In this document: positions 58,892 through 64,000 of the stretch, in pieces
Numbering within the stretch: the stretch's first letter is position 1
Layout: every line of letters starts with the position of its first letter
Assembly (NCBI GenBank): GCA_977862235.1
Contig: OZ374559.1
Coordinates: 1,984,001-2,048,000 of the forward strand
Direction of reading: 5' to 3'
DNA from: Dudresnaya verticillata
Taxonomy: Eukaryota
Length of the DNA stretch: 64,000 bases
Position numbers and translations under genes: made by a program
The notes under the pieces: generated by a model
Databases searched by the model: none
Told to the model about the DNA's origin: nothing
The model's input: the letters and a program-made list of their open reading frames with translations, nothing else

Positions 58892-60037
58892 TCGAGCAAC
58901 TGTGATCCTCGGCGGAGCCCATTCCTTGAGTACACAATGGGCCTGCGTTATACGGAGAGGGGCTACTCTCACGGGGAGCATGGAAACTCCTATGGGAAGT
59001 ACGTGCAGCATCCAGCATAGGATTGCCACCGGGACGGGAGTAGCCCGCTCTGAGCTTTAGTAAATTGTTGCGTGCGTTTGCCAAGAATGCTTCTTCCGTG
59101 ACACCGCAGCCCCCGCTACAACGGGCTACATCTCTGCGAGAGTACACGCGAGACGGCGACGCGTATATTGTAGATGGCGGTGCTGCGCTTCCTTCTCGAA
59201 CGAAATCGCATCGAACGTCTTCACCAGACACACCGTGGTATTGCGTCTCGCAAGCAAGGCATCTCAAAAGGACTCCAACGTATGTCTTCTGCAAAATGAG
59301 AGGTCTAGCCAGAGAATAGTTATTCAAGTAACGTGTTAGTTACCTAATGCAGTCATTGTTGGCAATGGCGGTGTCGACCGTGATGAGTTTTCACGGACCC
59401 CTAGCTGGTTTCAGGATTTCGGGATGATATCATACAATGGCCTGTTTTAAGCGTCACTTCTCCCGGACGCTACCAGAGTCCAGTAGCACCGACATACACC
59501 CAATACAATACTGGGCTTCTAAACCCATGCTCCGCTAACCCCGAGTTTCAAAATCACAATCCCATTTCCACCAGACTTGTGAGACCTCCATCCAATTTAG
59601 ACATCACTGTAGAAAACAATGATGATGGAGACCTTTATGCATAGGAAAGTCCAAAGTAGTGAAGGCCCAGTATAAAACAAAAACGTATGGCCTCAGTTGT
59701 GAATCAGTACGGGAAAGGGGGTAGCCCGTAATGTTAACCTGAAGAAGGCATGCAAAAGAAAATCAGTATCACTGAAACAAGACCATCAAGAGTAAACATT
59801 CTGTCCGTGTATTTCAACATGTTCCATATAATGGAATAAGCGTTCTCTTTTTCTTGTTGCAGAGAATTGGTAGATCAAATGTATGATGCTAAACTTTGTT
59901 GTTTACGATTGCAACAGGAATAGAATCCGCCAGCATTGGCAATGGGTGGCCTAGAGCCACTGCCTTGTTCATCAAGGTATATTCTTATTATTCTTATACT
60001 GTATGCCTTGCATACGCCCTAGTTGTGTCAAGTTGCC

Positions 60038-60817
60038 CTACTGGCATTGGGAATTGCACTTGTAGTGCTTTAGTAGAGCATTCATATCCGCCTTCATCAG
60101 TGACAAATACTTTGCGACGCGCACTTTATCGCGATCCTCTGACAGCTTCCCGCAAAGATCCACACTGTATGCCCCACCACTCTCGTTACACTTTTGGTTC
60201 AAGTGATAGATGAAATGTTCCACCCTTGCCGTGTACCACTCAACGCTACCTTGACTGTTGACTACGCGAACAGTCGCAGCGCTCTCCACAATCACGTTGC
60301 TAGCGGCCGTAGGGCCTTGAAGAATTTGCTTGCCGTTTGTGCGGATTCCTGTGCATTCGTCCGCTCGATCGATCATCGCAAGGCTCTCCATCATATTCCC
60401 GTTCACAGGGTAAGAAGAAGCCACGGAACATGCGGTTGTGCACACGTGGCAAACAGTAGCAGTTCGGGTTGCTCCGCATTCTGCGTACGACGCGTTACAG
60501 AAGCACCGGAGCAACCTCCGGCCTGGGTCAGTGTTGAGAGCGGCAAATGCCAACCGTACCAGACGATTCTGGGCTGCGGCAGCTGCCACCAAGCGTAGCC
60601 CCCGAATTCGGAAAGCGAACAGTCCTCCGACGGCCACAGCCACTAAGCACACGGCTACGGCGTTCTTTTCCTGAGGGGTCTTGAGGTAGTCTGGCTTCTG
60701 CTCTACGGCAACGCTATCGTGCCTGGTCTTTGCGGATGCGATGGGTTGAATCAGCACCGCCACGAACAACATGAGCAGCGGAACAGTGGAAAGGGTTTTG
60801 GACATCATGACAGCCAT
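60038..60817 (-). CDS. Secreted 12-Cys protein, type A, copy 3
   Basis: Same translation as copy 2. Confidence 0.8.
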   Translation of the reverse strand: MAVMMSKTLSTVPLLMLFVAVLIQPIASAKTRHDSVAVEQKPDYLKTPQEKNAVAVCLVAVAVGGLFAFRIRGLRLVAAAAAQNRLVRLAFAALNTDPGRRLLRCFCNASYAECGATRTATVCHVCTTACSVASSYPVNGNMMESLAMIDRADECTGIRTNGKQILQGPTAASNVIVESAATVRVVNSQGSVEWYTARVEHFIYHLNQKCNESGGAYSVDLCGKLSEDRDKVRVAKYLSLMKADMNALLKHYKCNSQCQ

Positions 60818-63800
60818 TGCAGTGTGTGTTTGTGTGTGTGTGTGTGTGTGTATGTGTGTGTGTGTGTGTGGGAGGGGGTCAAAATCGTATTACCAGTGCT
60901 CACGATGTAGTGGAGCAAGTTGCTTGGTAGCTTTCTGGGCGGACTGTTGATGTGATGGATCGTGATATTCATAGCCGCAAGTTGTTGCTTTACAATATAT
61001 ACCACTAGGAAGAGCAAGTGCAGGAAGCGGTATGGTGGTATGGTGTTCAACCAGGAGAACTACCACGTTGTAGTGTAGAAAACGGGGCCCGCTTTGTGGT
61101 CTACTCAGTTTAGGATCAGTTCTTTGAAAAGGGGAAGATACGCCTATGGCGTAGGGGTGAAGTGAGGGCTATGGCATTTGCCGATGAAGGAGTCTTTTCC
61201 GGAAGAGTTGTGGGAATGTTTGTATGGGTTTGATTGGTTGAAGGGCGCAAAGTATTATTTAGATGAACATTTGTGTTTTTTGTTGCCATCGCAATCGGCT
61301 CCTCCTGTGCGAAGGGCGGAGCTCCGACACGTCGCCGATTCACTCCCAACCTCCCAATTTTCAAAGAGCCCCTTTATCCTCGACAAGACACTCCGCACAG
61401 CTCTTCGCCTACGCCAAATGTTGCGCAGTGCATTGAGCACTGCTGCATCCCGCGAATCTGTGTCCTTCTGTCCTTGGTAGGCCCATATTTGTTGGCTGCA
61501 AAGCTCCCATGCATTGTGTGTTCAAAGCGTAAAGCTTCGTAGTGACTGCAGCGCAGTTATAGCTTTTCGACATAATCCATGTCCTTCAAACACACTGATT
61601 CCCGTAATAGATTTCCGCCCTTCTCCTAGCAACATCACCTTAGGATGATGATCACAAACTGGGCTACACATGTGGAGACACATAGAGGTGAGCTCTCTCA
61701 CCTGAGAGATACTATTTTTTCTGTGGGATCCTCGGAAACGTTTTCTGCCTCATACACAGTAATTCAGTGGAAATCTGGATGTCACCGTACCAGTTCTGGC
61801 AATCTTTCTCGGCTGCTTAGATTCTTGACGCATATTAAGGCGATACTCCTAGATTCTTTTGCATAGGCGTTTAGAGATGCGAAGCGCTAGATTTTACAGA
61901 GGAGTGCCTCCTCCTTGGTTATTGCTTCGGGGGAATCATGTATGTATAAATAGAGGCTGTCTGCAACCACATAGCTAACTTCAAAGTTTCCAAGCGTTAA
62001 CAGTTTCCAGTGTAGAACGTCTGTTTTCACTTCACCTTATTGTCCAAAATATTTTACAGACTTGCATTGGTCTTGGGACGTCAATGCGTGCACAGTACTC
62101 GAAGAATTTTTCACGTTTCTGCAGTTCATTTGTCCTTCTGGACATGGCACTTTCAGTCTAGAAATTTCGTTGAAGTAAATGAGAGTCGATGGCAAACCCA
62201 CAAAATGTTCATCAGGCATGAACGATGTGAAAGGTTCCTCCTCTTCGCTTAGAATCTGATTCAAATTCGTCCATCATCAGTTACTACATCTGTACTGGAA
62301 AGAATAGAAAGCTGAGTGGCACGTGTTATACACGGTAAGGAGGGGCCGCGGCTAGTGCATGGCTCTAAAACCAGCTCTAAAATATCATTGACATATAGTT
62401 GAATGCCTTTCCCACTAATTGCATTTCTAATAACTCAGGTTTCGTCTCGAGTTGAATGACCTAGCTATCAGAGTGCTGGTGCAAGGCCGAACCCGTCCGG
62501 AATCTCTGCAAACCTTGAAGGCATCTCAAAAATATTACACTCTATCTATGTCTTCTGACAATGAGAGGTCTGGCCTGAGAACAGTTATTAAAAAACGCAT
62601 TGGCTACCTAATGCATTCATTGTTATGATATGCCGATAATGTTATATTATGTTAATGGGTTTCAGCATATACGGCTGCAAAATTCCTCTGCGTTCCATTG
62701 CTTTATTATATGCGACAGTTCTGGTCCGCTCTAAACAACCACTTTCGATACTAATATCATGCAAAAAACAAATGAGCAACACTGGAGACTCCTGTTGCTA
62801 TGTATGAGATAGCAACCTCTATTTATGTACCTTACCAAAAAATAATGATACAATGATACATTGTATACTAAATAAGAAGATTACCAGCATCGGTGCCCAC
62901 TTCTGACAGAAAATAAACGTAGCCAAAATAAGGCAAAGTCAACTCAATCTATGAACGAGACCGGGAATGATAGGGACATAGCAACGAACTTCAGATTGAA
63001 GGGCACAGTATGTTATACTACCTTGTTTTGTTATCACTGAATCTCTATAAGGGTTTCAGTCTTGCAAATGGTTGAGAGCATTATGTTCGGAGTCAGTACG
63101 GTAAGAACCATTTTCTTGAGAGTACACACAAAGAGGAATTAAAGAACTATTGCCACAAATTCACAAATTGGGGTTGGGCCTTTGCGCCACCTCTAATCCT
63201 TTTGTGCTTCATATATCTCAGCGTTCTTATCGTACGAAAATAGTTCTATTCACAGGAATTGACTGAGACAACGCATTTAGTCTATGTTGTTGTCTCGGAC
63301 ACTAGCGATGAGAATACACGTTCACTCCAAGTGCCTTACAATGCAATACGTCTACTGGGAATTCTAGAGCCCGCGGTAAACTCTTTCCGCAGCGTGCAAC
63401 AGCAACAAGCATCGAACTGAGGTGCCAGCCGTGTGAAGAGCCGTTGACAGGAAGACGGTCCGACTCGCAAGGTAGCTTTCAGCACGGAGGCGAAACGTTG
63501 CGAGTCGGGCGGAAGAGGAGGGGGGTTTCTGCCAGCATGGAGATGCGCTCGGTACGAGTGGGATCGATGGAACAATGGCGAACATGTCGATGAGGCTGAC
63601 CACTCGTTCTGGGAGGATGCCCTGAAGCTGTTGGTTACGGAGAACCTATTTTTTGCAAAAATGGCGTCAGAGAAAATGGGCGCATATGCAACCGCGGAAG
63701 AGCCCCCTGTTCTGCCTACACAACATCCGTCAGATCCTTCCTACGTCAACATCTGAATTGAAAGATACCCTCGAAGGCCCTCGAAGGTACGACATCATCG

Positions 63801-64000
63801 GATAAACCATTGGCTGCTGTACCATGTTGCTACCGAAGAGAGCATTGCATTGCCTTCATACACCATATCGCCCAGCTAGGTCTGTGGACAGGAAGTTTAA
63901 TTTGCGCCGTCAACGATAGTTGCTTTGTAGAAAGTTTTGGATAACGCTACGTATGTTTCAAAGTAGAAAACCCGATTTGTCGCAAACTGAAAGGCGGATA

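Larger units (their letters stand above)
45270..64000. repeat. 7047-bp tandem array, at least 2.6 units, running off the window
   Basis: Identical ORF sets are offset by exactly 7047 bp (for example 45944, 52991, 60038). Only isolated substitutions were noticed outside the first 170 bp or so. Confidence 0.97.

Overview
Eukaryotic, intron-poor genomic DNA. A red-algal-type origin is plausible, but that is inference only. There are three zones. (1) 1-43 kb is a cluster of RBR (RING1-IBR-RING2) E3 ubiquitin ligase genes, most with N-terminal MIU-like ubiquitin-binding repeats, plus a coiled-coil CK1-like kinase. Four genes have complete RBR modules, one of them frameshifted. The cluster also holds two complementary half-genes: MIU-RING1-IBR with no complete RING2, and MIU plus a solo RING2. 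The intact halves end in the same tandem C2H2-type zinc finger pair, and each half has a degraded second copy. This suggests a naturally split RBR ligase or a decoy system. All RING2 domains have Phe where many RBRs have the catalytic His. (2) 16-36 kb is packed with non-LTR retrotransposons of two kinds, RLE/CRE-like and APE-RT LINE. They show clear target-site duplications, TAATG stop-start ORF coupling and nested insertions. (3) 45.3-64 kb is a near-identical 7047-bp tandem array (at least 2.6 units). Each unit carries a divergent pair of paralogous secreted 12-cysteine proteins from a family I do not recognise.
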